Source of the DNA: an uncultured delta proteobacterium
Lineage (GTDB): Bacteria > Myxococcota_A > Polyangia > Polyangiales > Polyangiaceae
Direction: 5' to 3'
DNA length: 64,000 nt
NCBI GenBank assembly: GCA_963696385.1
Contig: CAVOKF010000005.1
Span: 512,001-576,000 of the forward strand
Within the stretch, counting starts at the first letter, position 1, and each line of letters opens with the position of its first letter. The notes beneath the pieces are model-generated. The model did no database searches, had not been told where the DNA came from, and saw only the letters and a program-made list of their open reading frames with translations. The position numbers and the translations under genes are program-made. Below, in pieces: positions 29,848 through 41,100 of the stretch.

Positions 29848-31104
29848 ATGCTGGTCGGCATATCGGACGGCTTGTGGCGCGGCCTTGTGTTGATGGCGTT
29901 GGCCCTGGCTCCGGGCCTCGCTCCGGTGGACGTGGCCCCTTCGCCATCCAACACCGTTGCCGCACTTCGGTGCGTCTTCGTCGTCGTTGTGATCGGGGCC
30001 GTGGCGTGGGCTGTGGCGGCGTGGCGCCGATTTTCTCCCGGGTCCGCCGCGTCGGTCGCCGGCACGCTCGTCGTCGTGTTGGGGCTCGGTGTATTCTGGC
30101 CGAGCGAGCGGTGGCCCTTGAGCCGTGGGCTCTGGCTTGTGGCGCCCATGGTCTGGTCTTGTCTCGCGCTGGGTGCCGGGCGGCTCGTCGCCGCATTCGA
30201 CAGACGGCGGCCCGCGAGGCCTCGAATCTGGGTCACCGCCGCGCCGCTCGGGACGGCGATGGCGGGCGTGTTGAGCCTGGCCGTTGCGGCGCCCCGTTTG
30301 CGGTCGCGCGACGTATTGCTGATGGCCAATCCGGGCTTCGAACCCGCCGCGATGCAGGAGGCGGCGAGGCTCGAACGATCGGGCGACCCCGAGCGGGCGA
30401 TCGATCGGCTGCGCGCGTGCGCCGACGCGAACCCTCGTGCATGCGCCTGCCTGTCGGGGGCCGTTCCGATCGCGCTCGACCGGCGTCGATGGGCCGACGT
30501 CCTCGCGTGGACGGGTCGGAAGGGCCCGTGCGTCGCGGACGCGCGGCTCTCGGGCGTCCGCGCCGAGGCGCTGGCGGGAGTCGGTCGGATTAAGGAGTCC
30601 GTCGAGACCGCGAGCTCCGCGTTGCAGCGGTTCGCGGCCGACCCGAACGCGGCCTACGCCCTCGCGATCGCGTCACGGATCCGCGGGGACCGCGTCGCGG
30701 CCGATCGGTACGCCCAACAGGCGATTGGGTCGGGCCGCGGAAACGTGGCGCGCCTGTTTCTCGGAATGCTGCGCATGGAAGGCGGCGACTTCGCCGGATC
30801 GCGCCGCGAATTCGAGTCCGTGATCGCGAGCGACCCGCACAACGTCGCCGCTCGCTACGATGTCGCCCTTCTCGAGCAAAAGGAGAATCACTATGGGCGC
30901 GCGCGGGAGGGATACTTGCGCGTCTTGGACCTCGACCCCGACTTCGTCGACGCGCGGTACAACCTGGTCCTTCTGACGATCGGCATCGGCGCGAAAGCCG
31001 AAGCCCGACAGCACCTCATCGAGCTCGAGCGGATTGCCCCGAGCAATCCTCGGATCCCGGGGCTCCAGAGTGTGCTGTCGGTCGATGCGCAGCCTCGCCC
31101 GTGA
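29848..31104 (+). CDS. Membrane protein with C-terminal TPR repeats
   Basis: N-terminal TM segments; DPHNVAARYDVA, DPDFVDARYNL TPR-like units. Confidence 0.7.
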   Translation: MLVGISDGLWRGLVLMALALAPGLAPVDVAPSPSNTVAALRCVFVVVVIGAVAWAVAAWRRFSPGSAASVAGTLVVVLGLGVFWPSERWPLSRGLWLVAPMVWSCLALGAGRLVAAFDRRRPARPRIWVTAAPLGTAMAGVLSLAVAAPRLRSRDVLLMANPGFEPAAMQEAARLERSGDPERAIDRLRACADANPRACACLSGAVPIALDRRRWADVLAWTGRKGPCVADARLSGVRAEALAGVGRIKESVETASSALQRFAADPNAAYALAIASRIRGDRVAADRYAQQAIGSGRGNVARLFLGMLRMEGGDFAGSRREFESVIASDPHNVAARYDVALLEQKENHYGRAREGYLRVLDLDPDFVDARYNLVLLTIGIGAKAEARQHLIELERIAPSNPRIPGLQSVLSVDAQPRP

Positions 31105-31170
31105 CGAGCCTGTGTGGGACGTGGAGTTGCCGTCCGTTGACACCCATAGCTGAACCGATACGCTGCTGCT

Positions 31171-31608
31171 GTGCTTGGGGATCTTTCGAGGCTGCGGCGT
31201 GCAGCGCCGTGGGCGGTGTGTGCGGTTTTTGCGCTCGCGCTCGTTTCGTGCGGCGGCGGAAGCGCTCCGGGCGAGTCGGCGCCAATCGACGCCGCGTCCC
31301 GGGACGTCACGCCGGGGGCCAGCGGTCTCGGGGACGCCGGTCCTGCCGACGCGGAGACGGTCATGGAAACCGGGGTTCCCGATTCGGCTGAAAGCGACGA
31401 CGCGGAGCCGGGCGAAGACGGGTCCGCGTACCGCGCACCGCCGCCGCCGGGACCCCCCGGCCAGGACATCGTCACCGCCGGCGTGGTCGCGTCGAGTCCG
31501 AACTTCACGCTCTACGCCACCATCGGCGAGGGCCCCGGCGGCAACGGGACGATGAGCTCGACGAATTACACGTTGATTGGCGGGCTCTTGGGAACGACGC
31601 AGCAATAG
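31171..31608 (+). CDS. Small lipoprotein, hypothetical
   Basis: Lipobox LVSC; C-terminal SSPNFTL...GE.....[10 protein letters not shown]; followed by GGAGG RBS of next gene. Confidence 0.6.
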   Translation: MLGDLSRLRRAAPWAVCAVFALALVSCGGGSAPGESAPIDAASRDVTPGASGLGDAGPADAETVMETGVPDSAESDDAEPGEDGSAYRAPPPPGPPGQDIVTAGVVASSPNFTLYATIGEGPGGNGTMSSTNYTLIGGLLGTTQQ

Positions 31609-31624
31609 CGGAGGACGACGGTCG

Positions 31625-32536
31625 ATGAGAATACGGCACCTTTGGCGTACGGGAGCGCTCGCGGCTTTAGTCGGATGCGGCATGGGGGAGGCGACGGCAT
31701 TGGCTCGCGTCCCGGACCTGTTGACCCAGCAGGGGCGGCTGCTCGACGCGGCCAACAATCCGGTCGCCGGCTCGGTCAGCTTCGTCTTCACGATCTACGA
31801 CGCCGCGACCGCCGGCAACGCGCTTTGGACCGAGACGCAGACCATTACTCTCGTGAGCGGCTATTTCTCGGCCCAGCTCGGGGAGACGACGGCGATCCCC
31901 GCCACCGTATTTGCGACCGGCGCGGTTCGCTACCTCGGTGTCAAAGTGGCGAGCGATCCGGAGATGACTCCACGCCAGCCCCTTGCCAGCGTGCCGTACG
32001 CCATGGTCGCGAACGACGCCATCGGCGACGTGCACGCCAACAGTCTGACGGTGGCGGGCGTCCCGGTGATCAGCGATGCCGGTGTCTGGGTGGGGCCGTC
32101 CTCCGGTCTCGCCGGGGCCACCGGCCCGGCGGGACCGGCCGGTGCAACAGGGCCCGCTGGACCTGCGGGCCCGAAGGGGGATACCGGCGCTACGGGGGCT
32201 ACGGGGGCTACCGGCGCTATGGGGGCTACCGGGGCTACGGGGGCTACCGGGGCTACCGGGGCTACCGGCGCTACGGGCCCGGCCGGCGCGATTTCATCCG
32301 TGACGAGCGTCGCCGGCGCGGCCGCCACTTCGTCTGCGAGCACACTTGACCTTGCCAGCTCAACCGCAACGTGCGCGACCGGATTCGCGACCGGCGGCGG
32401 CTGCCTCTTGGGCGGGACCCAAGGAACGGTCAAAGAGAGCGAACCCGCGTCATCCACCGCATGGATATGTGAGTGCGCCGCGTCGAGCGCCACGGAGACG
32501 TGCACCATCACGGCGTACGCCGTCTGCGCTCAATAG
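31625..32536 (+). CDS. Secreted collagen-like (fibre-like) protein
   Basis: GGAGG RBS; signal peptide; [11 protein letters not shown]...F.IYDAAT.GN.LWTET...[13 protein letters not shown] domain; about 20 Gly-X-Y triplets; Cys-containing C-terminal head. Confidence 0.85.
   Translation: MRIRHLWRTGALAALVGCGMGEATALARVPDLLTQQGRLLDAANNPVAGSVSFVFTIYDAATAGNALWTETQTITLVSGYFSAQLGETTAIPATVFATGAVRYLGVKVASDPEMTPRQPLASVPYAMVANDAIGDVHANSLTVAGVPVISDAGVWVGPSSGLAGATGPAGPAGATGPAGPAGPKGDTGATGATGATGAMGATGATGATGATGATGATGPAGAISSVTSVAGAAATSSASTLDLASSTATCATGFATGGGCLLGGTQGTVKESEPASSTAWICECAASSATETCTITAYAVCAQ
32114..32290 (+). repeat. 9-bp collagen tandem repeat (GGGGCTACS; Gly-Ala-Thr/Gly-Pro-Ala)
   Basis: Read directly. 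Confidence 0.9.
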
Positions 32537-34063
32537 CCGAAGTCCGGGTTGCTCTTCGGCTTGGGCGTCTCGACCTTCGCCGGTGTCTTGTTGACCGGCG
32601 CCGCGGCGGGGACCTGGATCACGGGCCGGGCGACCGCGGGTCGCACGTGCGCGGCGGTCGGCGGCTCGGGCGTTGGCCCCGCCGCTCCCGATTCGCCTGG
32701 GGCTCCGGTAGTCCCGCTTGCCGCCCCGGACGCGGTTGCGGTGGGGGGGTTGGCCGGCAACGAAGGGATCGGAAGAATCCGGCGCGGCGGTCTTGGCCAA
32801 CACGACGGGCTCGCGGGGCTCGGTCGGCTGGGTCGCAGAGATATGCGAGGCGGCGCTCGCTCTGGGCAGATCCTCGGTGCCGCGGCCGTGCATCCAGCGG
32901 GGAATCGCCACCGCTGCCACGCCGACCACGCCGACCAGGGCGGCGAATGCGCCGAGGACCGCCGGTTTCCAGCCGCTCGGCTGCGGAGCCTGGGGCGTGG
33001 GCACCGGCGAGATCGCAGGACCCCAACCGGGTGGGCTACCCGGAGTGCCCCGAGGGCCCGTGGGGTGCGCCTGGCCCACAGCTTGTGGGGTCTGTCCCCC
33101 CGGCCTGGCTCCGACCGGATACGGGGTTCCGCGGCCCGGCAGCTGCCCCGGAATCGGCGTCTGACCGAACTCGCCGGGCGCGGCGCTGATTCTTAAGCTG
33201 ATGCCCGCACCGGCCGCCCACACTTCGAGTGCGGATCGAAACTCGGCCGCCGACTGAAAGCGATCCTTCGGATCCCGCGCCATCGCTTTCATCACGATCG
33301 CACTGAAGGCCGGGTCGATGCCGGGCGCGGCCGCGTGAAGAGGCGTGATTTCGCCGAGCACGATCTGGAAGAGCAACTCGTTGAACGACTCGGCGGTGAA
33401 GGGTGGCCGGCCCGCCGTTGCCTCGTACATGATGACGCCGACAGCGTACAAGTCGCTGCGTGCGTCGGCCTCCGCGCTGCCGCGCGCCTGCTCGGGCGAC
33501 ATGTAGAGCGGCGTCCCCATCATCGCGCCGGCCCGGGTGACCTTCACCGCCCCGTCGACCTGTGCGAACTTCGAGATCCCGAAGTCGATGATTTTGACGA
33601 AGTCACGCTGGCCGGCCTTTTGTTTCAGGATGAAGACGTTGTCCGGCTTGAGGTCTCGATGAGTGATTCCGGCGCCATGAGCGGCGCCGAGGCCGGCGAG
33701 CAGCTGAGCGATGAGAGGCGCCAATTGGGCCGGCGTGAGCTGGGTGAGCTGCGTCATCCGACGGCTCAAAGGCTCGCCGTCGAGGAACTCCATGACGATG
33801 TACCGCTCGCCGTTGGGGAGCGCGCCGATGTCGAGGACTTCCAGAATGTGGTCGTTGCCGATGCAGCCCGCCGCCTGAGCCTCGCGCTCGAAGCGTTGCA
33901 CGACCTCCGCGTTCTCGGCCACCGACGCGTGGAGCACCTTGATGGCCACCCGTCGCCGGATGCGGGTGTTCTCGCCCAGGTAGACGGCACCCATGCCTCC
34001 TTCCCCGATGCAACGCAGCACATGATACTTGCTGTCGATGAGGTTGCCGGGCTCTAAGGGCAT
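32530..34063 (-). CDS. Membrane Hanks-type Ser/Thr kinase with a probable +1 frameshift near 32743-32770
   Basis: [28 protein letters not shown] helix; a plausible Pro-rich tail ending NPDFGY lies in the shifted frame 32530..32760. Confidence 0.9.
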
Positions 34064-34125
34064 GGAAAGCTCTCCGGAAGTGAGGCAATGCTAGCATGTG
34101 GGGCCGCCACGAAGCTTGACGCGCC

Positions 34126-34914
34126 ATGCTGCGCACCGTTCGCGCCCTTCGGTACGTGATGCCGTTTCGCGAGGGCGGGTCGGTCCCCGCCCTCGTCGAA
34201 GGCGACGATCTTGGCCTGTACGTCGTGAAGCTCCGTGGGGCGGCCCAGGGGACCAAGGCTCTTGTCGCCGAGCTCGTCGCGGGGGAGCTCGCGCGCGCCG
34301 TCGGGTTGGCCGTTCCCGAAATCGTGCTCGTCGAGGTCGACCGCGTCCTCGCGCGGAGCGAACCGGATCCGGAGCTCAGCGCGCCGCTCGAAGCAAGTGC
34401 GGGACTGAACGTCGGCCTCGACTACTTGCCGGGAAGCATCACGTTCGACTCGATCGTGGGCCCGCCACCGGACGCCGCCACGGCGTCGCTCATCGTGCTT
34501 TTCGACGCGTTCGTGATGAACGTAGATCGTACGCCGCGAAACCCGAACCTGCTGTCGTGGCATCGACGGCTGTGGCTCATCGACCACGGTGCGTCGCTCT
34601 ATTTTCATCACGCCTGGGGCCCGGACCATCTGCTCGACGGTACGCGTGACCCGTTCACCGAGGCGCGGCAGCACGTCCTCTGGCCCTGGGCGTCGGCGCT
34701 CGCGGACGCCGCGGTTCGTCTGTGCGAAGCCCTCGACGGGCCAGCGATCGGCCGGGTGGTGGACGCGATTCCAGAGATCTGGCTGGGGGCCGAGCACGGG
34801 TTTGCCGACGCAACCGCTCACCGTGCGGCGTACGTCGTCTGGCTGCGCGAACGCATGGCCTCCATGCCCGTCTTCTTGAAGGAGGCCGAACGTGGTCGCA
34901 CTTTGCTCGTTTGA
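34126..34914 (+). CDS. HipA-like (HipA_2-type) kinase
   Basis: RYV.P.REGGS.P, YVVKLRGA.QG...LVAE, NVDRT.RNPNLL, LIDHG. Confidence 0.85.
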   Translation: MLRTVRALRYVMPFREGGSVPALVEGDDLGLYVVKLRGAAQGTKALVAELVAGELARAVGLAVPEIVLVEVDRVLARSEPDPELSAPLEASAGLNVGLDYLPGSITFDSIVGPPPDAATASLIVLFDAFVMNVDRTPRNPNLLSWHRRLWLIDHGASLYFHHAWGPDHLLDGTRDPFTEARQHVLWPWASALADAAVRLCEALDGPAIGRVVDAIPEIWLGAEHGFADATAHRAAYVVWLRERMASMPVFLKEAERGRTLLV

Positions 34915-35293
34915 CTACGCCGTCGTGCGCGTCGTTCCGCACGTCGATCGAGAGGAGTTCGTGAACGCAGGAGTGATCGTCTTCTGCGACGAGAGGGATG
35001 TGTTGGCGGCGCGTGTCGAGCTCGACGCGGCTCGGCTCCGCGCGCTTTCGCCCGACGTCGACGTCGAGTTGGTGAGACGCCACCTCGAGGCGATCCCGCG
35101 CATTTGCGAGGGCGGACCTTCTTCCGGGCCTATCGGTCGAATGACCCTGCGGGAGCGCTGGCACTGGCTCGTGGCACCGCGCAGCACCATGGTGCAGACC
35201 TCGTCGCCTCATCCAGGTTTGGACGCGTCCCCGGAAACGCTTCTCGAGCGGTTGATCGAACGCATCGTCCGTCCCCGGCCGGCCCTCGGGTGA
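34892..35293 (+). CDS. DUF3037-family protein
   Basis: FDYAVVRVVPHVDREEFVNAGV, ERWHWLVAPRST.VQTS..HPG; overlaps the kinase 3' end. Confidence 0.88.
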   Translation: MVALCSFDYAVVRVVPHVDREEFVNAGVIVFCDERDVLAARVELDAARLRALSPDVDVELVRRHLEAIPRICEGGPSSGPIGRMTLRERWHWLVAPRSTMVQTSSPHPGLDASPETLLERLIERIVRPRPALG

Positions 35294-35481
35294 TCGGCTC
35301 GAGGCAGGGCGTTGCCCAGCCGGATTTCTAAAAAGGCCGCCGATGCGTAGCGCGGCACTCAGGCCGGAACCGTCGGACTTCTCGAAAGCGGCCGATCGAT
35401 CCGGTTGAGCTCGGAACGCAACCGTCCACGGCCTCGACGCATCCGAGATGGAATCGTCGACGGATCGTGAGACAAGACGCA

Positions 35482-36864
35482 ATGCGAGTGGCTCGTCGAT
35501 CCCGCGGCATGGCCGCCGCCATCTTGCTTGGCTTCGGCGCCGTCGTTGGCGAAGTGCGCGCACAACCGGCGGAAGTCCAAAGCGGCCCGGTCGAAGGCCC
35601 TCCGATCGAGGATGCCATGCTCGCGCCCCCGCCGCCGGCGCCCCGCCAGATCGCATCCTGGGAGCAGGCTCTGGAGCTCATCCGTACCCGCTCGCCCGAA
35701 TACATATCGAGCTACGAGGCGGTTCGGAGGGCCGAGGCCCAACGCGAAACGGCGCTGGCGGCCGTCTTGCCTTCGGTCGACGGGCAGGTGGCATTTGTCC
35801 ACCAGCTCGCGCGTCCGCTGCGGTTTTCGATCGCGGGCCTCTCGGTCGTAACACCGCCCGCGAACGTCTGGGACTTCGGGGCCGCGGCGTCGTGGCCGGT
35901 CATCAATCCGCGCGGCATCTACGGCGTCGGGACGGCCGACAAGAACATCGACGCGGCCCAGCTGTCCTTCGAGGACAGCCGCAGGCAGATCGCGATCGAC
36001 GTCGTTGACGCGATGCTGGCTACGCTGGCCGCCGCGCGCGTGGCCGACCTCAATCGCGTCGGCTTGCGCGCGGCACTCGATCGTCTGCGGCTCACCCAAG
36101 TGCGCCTGCAGTTCGGCCAGGGCACCGAAGTCGACGTCGACCGTGCCCAGCAAGACGTGGCCGCTGCGCGCGCCCCTCTCATCAACGGCGACGAGGGCCT
36201 GCGCCAGTCGCGCGAAGCGCTCGGCGCGGCTCTGGGCTCAGCCGTTCCCCTCGCCGCGCCCGTGGGCCTCGACTTCGAAGCCTTTGAAGCCGCCGTGGAA
36301 CGGACCTGCCGGTTGAACGAGGACATCGAGCGGCGCCCCGACGTGGCCGCCGCGCGAACGCGCGTCGAGGTGGGCGAGCGGGCCGTTCGCGACGCCGAGC
36401 TTCAGTTCGCGCCGTCGTTCGCAGTCACATCGCAGCTCGCGTACACGACCGAGCCGGTGTTGGCGCCCTTTACGACCTGGTCGATCGCCGGCGTATTGAG
36501 CGTGCCTCTCTACGACGGCGGTGCGCGATACGGCGCGTTGCGCGACAGCCGGGCGGCTCTCGAGCAAGCTCGACAGGCGCTCGTCCGCACCCGTCTGAGC
36601 GCGATCGTCGGTTCGGCTCAAGTGCTGCGTTCCGTGGATGTCCTTCGGGCATCGCGCGACGTGGCGCTCCGGCAGCGCGACCTTGCGGCCGAGGTCGATC
36701 GTCGCACACGGGAAGGCTATGCCCATGGGCTTGGAACGAGCCTCGATCTGGTCATCTCGGCCCAGGCATTGCGTCAGGCCGAGATCCAGCTCGCACTTCT
36801 CGACTTCCAGGTCGACGAGGCGCGCGCCAACTCGGCTCTCATCAACGCGGAGTGTGTCTATTGA
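35482..36864 (+). CDS. TolC-family outer membrane efflux protein
   Basis: Signal peptide; RRPDVAAAR, LSVPLYDGG, GLGTSLDL; first gene of the RND operon. Confidence 0.88.
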   Translation: MRVARRSRGMAAAILLGFGAVVGEVRAQPAEVQSGPVEGPPIEDAMLAPPPPAPRQIASWEQALELIRTRSPEYISSYEAVRRAEAQRETALAAVLPSVDGQVAFVHQLARPLRFSIAGLSVVTPPANVWDFGAAASWPVINPRGIYGVGTADKNIDAAQLSFEDSRRQIAIDVVDAMLATLAAARVADLNRVGLRAALDRLRLTQVRLQFGQGTEVDVDRAQQDVAAARAPLINGDEGLRQSREALGAALGSAVPLAAPVGLDFEAFEAAVERTCRLNEDIERRPDVAAARTRVEVGERAVRDAELQFAPSFAVTSQLAYTTEPVLAPFTTWSIAGVLSVPLYDGGARYGALRDSRAALEQARQALVRTRLSAIVGSAQVLRSVDVLRASRDVALRQRDLAAEVDRRTREGYAHGLGTSLDLVISAQALRQAEIQLALLDFQVDEARANSALINAECVY

Positions 36865-38105
36865 ACGCCTTGGGTAGAGTGCTCGTCGCGATCGGCATGC
36901 TCGCGGGCGCGGCCGCGTGCGGGGACAAAAAGGGGCCTGCGTCGGCGCCGCCTCCTCCGACCGTGTTCGTCTCGACGGTCATGCGGAGCAACGTGCCGCT
37001 CTACATCGAAGCGGTGGGCACGCTCGACGGCTATGTCGACGCGGACATCCGTGCTCGCGTGCGCGGCTTTCTGCGGACCGAAGACTACAAAGACGGGTCT
37101 CCGGTGAAGTCCGGAGACCTGCTGTTCACGATTGAGCCCAACGAATACGCGGCGGCGGTGGCCTCGGCTCGTGCCAACCTCGAGCGAGCGCGCGTGGCCC
37201 GGGACCGAAATCGGATTCAGCTCGAACGCGACCAGGGCCTGCTCAAAGCAGGAATGATTTCGCAGCAGGACATCGACAACGCCACGGCGAGCCTCGCCGA
37301 CACCGAGGCTCAGGTCCTCGCAACGCAGGCGCAGCTCCAGACAGCCGAGCTCAACCTGTCGTACACGCAAATTCGTTCGCCCATCGGTGGGGTCGCGGGG
37401 CTTGCCCTCGTCCGCGTCGGCAACCTGGTGGGTCAAGATGGCCCGACGCTCTTGACGACCGTCTCTCAAATCGATCCCATCCGCGTGAACTTCGCGCTGA
37501 GCGAGGTCGAGTACGTCGAACATCCGGAACGCTTCCGGCACCTCGAGATGCGCGATCTCGCCTGGGTGAAAAGACAGGTCGCCCGGCTCGATTCGGGGGG
37601 CGAGGCCGAAGGCCACGAGCCGGGCATCGATCTGGTCCTCGCGGATGGGACGGTCTACCCGCATCGGGCCATCATCGTCATGGCGAATCGGCAAATCGAC
37701 GCGAGCACCGGCACGGTTCAGGTCCAGGCGTTGGCGGCGAATCCCGATGGCTTCTTGCGCCCGGGCCAGTATGCGCGTGTGCGCATCCCGCGGCCTGAGG
37801 CCGGCCACGATGTTCTCGTCGTGCCCGACAAGGCCGTCATCTCGGTTCAGGGGACCTATTCGCTCGCGGTCATCGATCCCGACAACAAGGTGGAGCTGCG
37901 CCGAGTCGAGCTCGGGCCGAGCGCGCGCGGCAGTCAGATCATCGAAAAAGGCATCGCCGACGGGGAACGCATCGTGGTCGAAGGAGTGCAGAAGGTGTCG
38001 GACGGCGCTCGGGTGGATCCGAGACCCGCTCCCGAGAGCATGCCCGCCGCCTCGTCCACCACGGGTGGACCGACGGCGCCCGTTTCGGCGGCCGCGAGAA
38101 ACTAA
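36861..38105 (+). CDS. RND efflux membrane-fusion (periplasmic adaptor) lipoprotein
   Basis: TTGA overlap; lipobox AAAC; IRARVRG, LNLSYTQIRSPIGG, IDASTGT, LRPGQYARV. Confidence 0.93.
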   Translation: MNALGRVLVAIGMLAGAAACGDKKGPASAPPPPTVFVSTVMRSNVPLYIEAVGTLDGYVDADIRARVRGFLRTEDYKDGSPVKSGDLLFTIEPNEYAAAVASARANLERARVARDRNRIQLERDQGLLKAGMISQQDIDNATASLADTEAQVLATQAQLQTAELNLSYTQIRSPIGGVAGLALVRVGNLVGQDGPTLLTTVSQIDPIRVNFALSEVEYVEHPERFRHLEMRDLAWVKRQVARLDSGGEAEGHEPGIDLVLADGTVYPHRAIIVMANRQIDASTGTVQVQALAANPDGFLRPGQYARVRIPRPEAGHDVLVVPDKAVISVQGTYSLAVIDPDNKVELRRVELGPSARGSQIIEKGIADGERIVVEGVQKVSDGARVDPRPAPESMPAASSTTGGPTAPVSAAARN

Positions 38106-38121
38106 GACGGAGGATAGCGGG

Positions 38122-41100
38122 ATGGTGTCCGCCTTCTTCGTTCGCCGACCCATCGTCGCGATGGTCATCGCGATCCTCACGGTCCTGCTTGGTATCGTGT
38201 CGCTGCTGGGACTTCCCATTGCCCAGTTTCCGCAGATCCTGCCGCCTCAGGTCAACCTCACGACGACGTACACCGGGGCCGACGCGCTGACGATCGAGCA
38301 GTCCGTGGCGACGCCGATCGAGCAGCAGATGAACGGCGTCGACCGGATGCTTTACATCCAATCAACCAATGCCAACGACGGTTCGATGAATCAGACCGTG
38401 ACGTTCGACGTCGGCACCGACATCGACGTCGACAACGTTCTGGTCAACAACCGCTACTCGCAGGCGCAGCCCTTCCTGCCCCAGGACGTCAAGAATTTCG
38501 GCGTCACGATCAAGAAGTCTCTGGCTTTCCCGCTGATGGTCATCTCGCTGTTCTCACCCGACGGACGGTACGACCCGGCATTTTTGGCCAATTACGCGCT
38601 CATCAACGTCAACGACGCGCTCTTGCGCGTGAAGGGCGTCGGCGACATCCGAAATCTCGGGTCTTCCGACTACTCGATGCGCATTTGGCTCAAGCCGGAC
38701 CTCTGCGCTCGCCTCGGACTCACGGTTACCGACGTCCAGAACGCCCTTCGCGCGCAGAATGTCGTCAATCCCGCCGGGCAAGTGGGCGCCGAGCCCGCCC
38801 CCGCCGGGCAGCAGCTCACCTACACGGTCCGTGCGCAGGGAAGGCTCATCGAAGCCGAGGAATTCGCGAATGTCGTCGTGCGCGAGAACCCGGACGGGTC
38901 CGCCGTTCGGATCAAAGACATCGCCCGCACCGAACTCGGCTCGCTCAACTACCAGCAGTACGGCACCTTCAACGGCAAGCCGGCCGCCGTCGTCGCGGCG
39001 TTCCAGTCGCCGGGTTCGAACGCCCTCCAAGTCGCCGACGACATCAAGAAAACGATGGCCGAGCTAGCCACCCGCTTTCCGCCGGGGGTCGACTACAAGG
39101 TCTCGCTCGACACGACCGCGCCCGTCAAAGCGGGCATCCGCGAGATTGTCGAGACGCTGTTCGAAGCCATCGCGCTCGTCGTGATCGTCGTATTCGTGTT
39201 CTTGCAGAGCTGGCGTGCGACGCTCATTCCGCTCTTGACCGTGCCGGTGTCGCTCGTCGGAGCCTTTGCCGTATTTCCGTTGTTGGGTTTTTCGGTCAAC
39301 ACTCTTTCGCTATTCGGCCTCGTCCTGGCCATCGGCCTCGTGGTCGACGACGCCATCGTCGTGGTGGAAGCTGTCGAGCATCACATCGAAGAAGGCATGA
39401 CGCCGCCCGATGCGACGCTGCGAGCGATGTCCGAGGTGCAGGGTCCGGTCGTTGCCATCGCGCTCATCCTGGCGGCGGTTTTCATTCCCGTCGCATTCCT
39501 AAGCGGTGTCACCGGACGCCTCTACCAGCAGTTTGCCCTGACGATCGCGGTGTCGGTGCTCATCTCCGCGTTCAATGCGCTGACTCTGAGCCCCGCTCTG
39601 AGCGCGATGCTTCTGCGGCCGCGTGGCGAACCAAAGACCGCGTTCGGCAAGCTCGGCGCGGGCTTCAACCGGTGGTTTGTCCGGGCCACCGACGGGTACG
39701 TCTCGGTCAACCGGCTGCTGTTACGCAAGCTCGCGATCCCGCTTCTTCTTCTCGCTGCGGTCGCCGCCATATCGGTCGTGTTGGGCCGCAAGATCCCGGC
39801 CGGGTTCGTCCCGGACGAAGATCAGGGTTATGTCGTGCTCGGTGTCCAGCTTCCCGACGGCGCGTCGCTGCAGCGCACGATGGCCGTGTACCGTCAGATC
39901 GACGACATCCTCGGGCATGAGCCCGGCATCCGCACGTACAACGGGGTCGCCGGGTTCAGCTTCTTCACGCGCACGGCCGCAAGCTACACCGGCACCGGCT
40001 TCGCTTCGTTCAAGCCGTGGGACGAGCGGCGCTCCGCCGACCTGACGTCCGACGCTATCCTGCGCCGAATCAACGCGGCGTTCGCGCGCATTCCGGAGGG
40101 ACGGGTGTTCGCGGTGGGTCCTCCGGCCATCCCGGGGATCAGCGCTGCGGGTGGCTTCAGCATGATGCTGCAGGACCGGAGCGGCGGCTCCTACGATTTT
40201 CTCGCTCGAAACGTGCAGCGCTTCGTCGCCGAGGCACGCAAGCGGCCGGAGCTCGCCGGCGTGCGCCCCAACTTCTCGCCAGCGGTACCGCAAATGTTCG
40301 CCGACGTCGACAAGGACAAAGCGCTGACCGAAGGAGTGGCCGTAAGCGAGATCTACAACGCTCTGCAAACATTTCTGGGCGGGTCCTACGTCAACGACTT
40401 CACGCGATTCGGCCGGCAGTGGCGGGTCTTCGTGCAGGCAGAGCCCTCCTACCGAACGAGCGCGGAGGACATCGATCAGTTCTACGTCCGAAACGGGCGG
40501 GGCGAGATGGTGCCGCTGTCGTCGTTCGTCCATGTCCGAATGACCACTGGGCCCGAGTACACGGTACGATTCAACCTATATCGCGCGGTCGAAATCATGG
40601 GCGGCCCGGCCCCGGGCTACAGCTCCGGCCAAGCGCTCGATGCGCTCGAGGACGTCGCTGCCAAGACCCTACCTCCCGAGATGGGTTTCGCGTGGAACGG
40701 GTTGTCCTATCAAGAAAAGGTGTCGGCCGGCAGCTCGACGCGCGTGCTGGGTCTTTCGCTCGTCTTCGTGTTTCTCATTCTTGCCGCGCTCTACGAGAGT
40801 TGGTCGTTGCCGTTCAGCGTACTTTTGAGTACGCCGGTCGCGGTCCTGGGCGCGTACTTGGGTTTGCTATCTCGGCATTTCGACAACAACATTTACGCGC
40901 AGATTGGCCTCGTCATGCTCGTCGGACTCACGGCGAAGAACGCGATCCTGATCGTGGAGTTCGCCAAAGACCGACGCGATCAAGGACGGTCGATCGTCCA
41001 GGCCGCGCTCGAAGGAGCGAAGTTGCGACTTCGTCCCATCTTGATGACGTCCTTCGCATTCATCTTCGGCTGCGTTCCCTTGTGGGTCGCCAAGGGGGCG

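Noticed and set aside
31625..32536. Collagen-like gene as a phage tail fibre or tailocin
   Set aside because: It has a signal peptide and no phage structural neighbours.
28400..32536. Invertible segment that would make kinase through Lnt co-directional
   Set aside because: No flanking inverted repeats or recombinase were seen, and the kinase and collagen stops overlap, leaving no room for a breakpoint.
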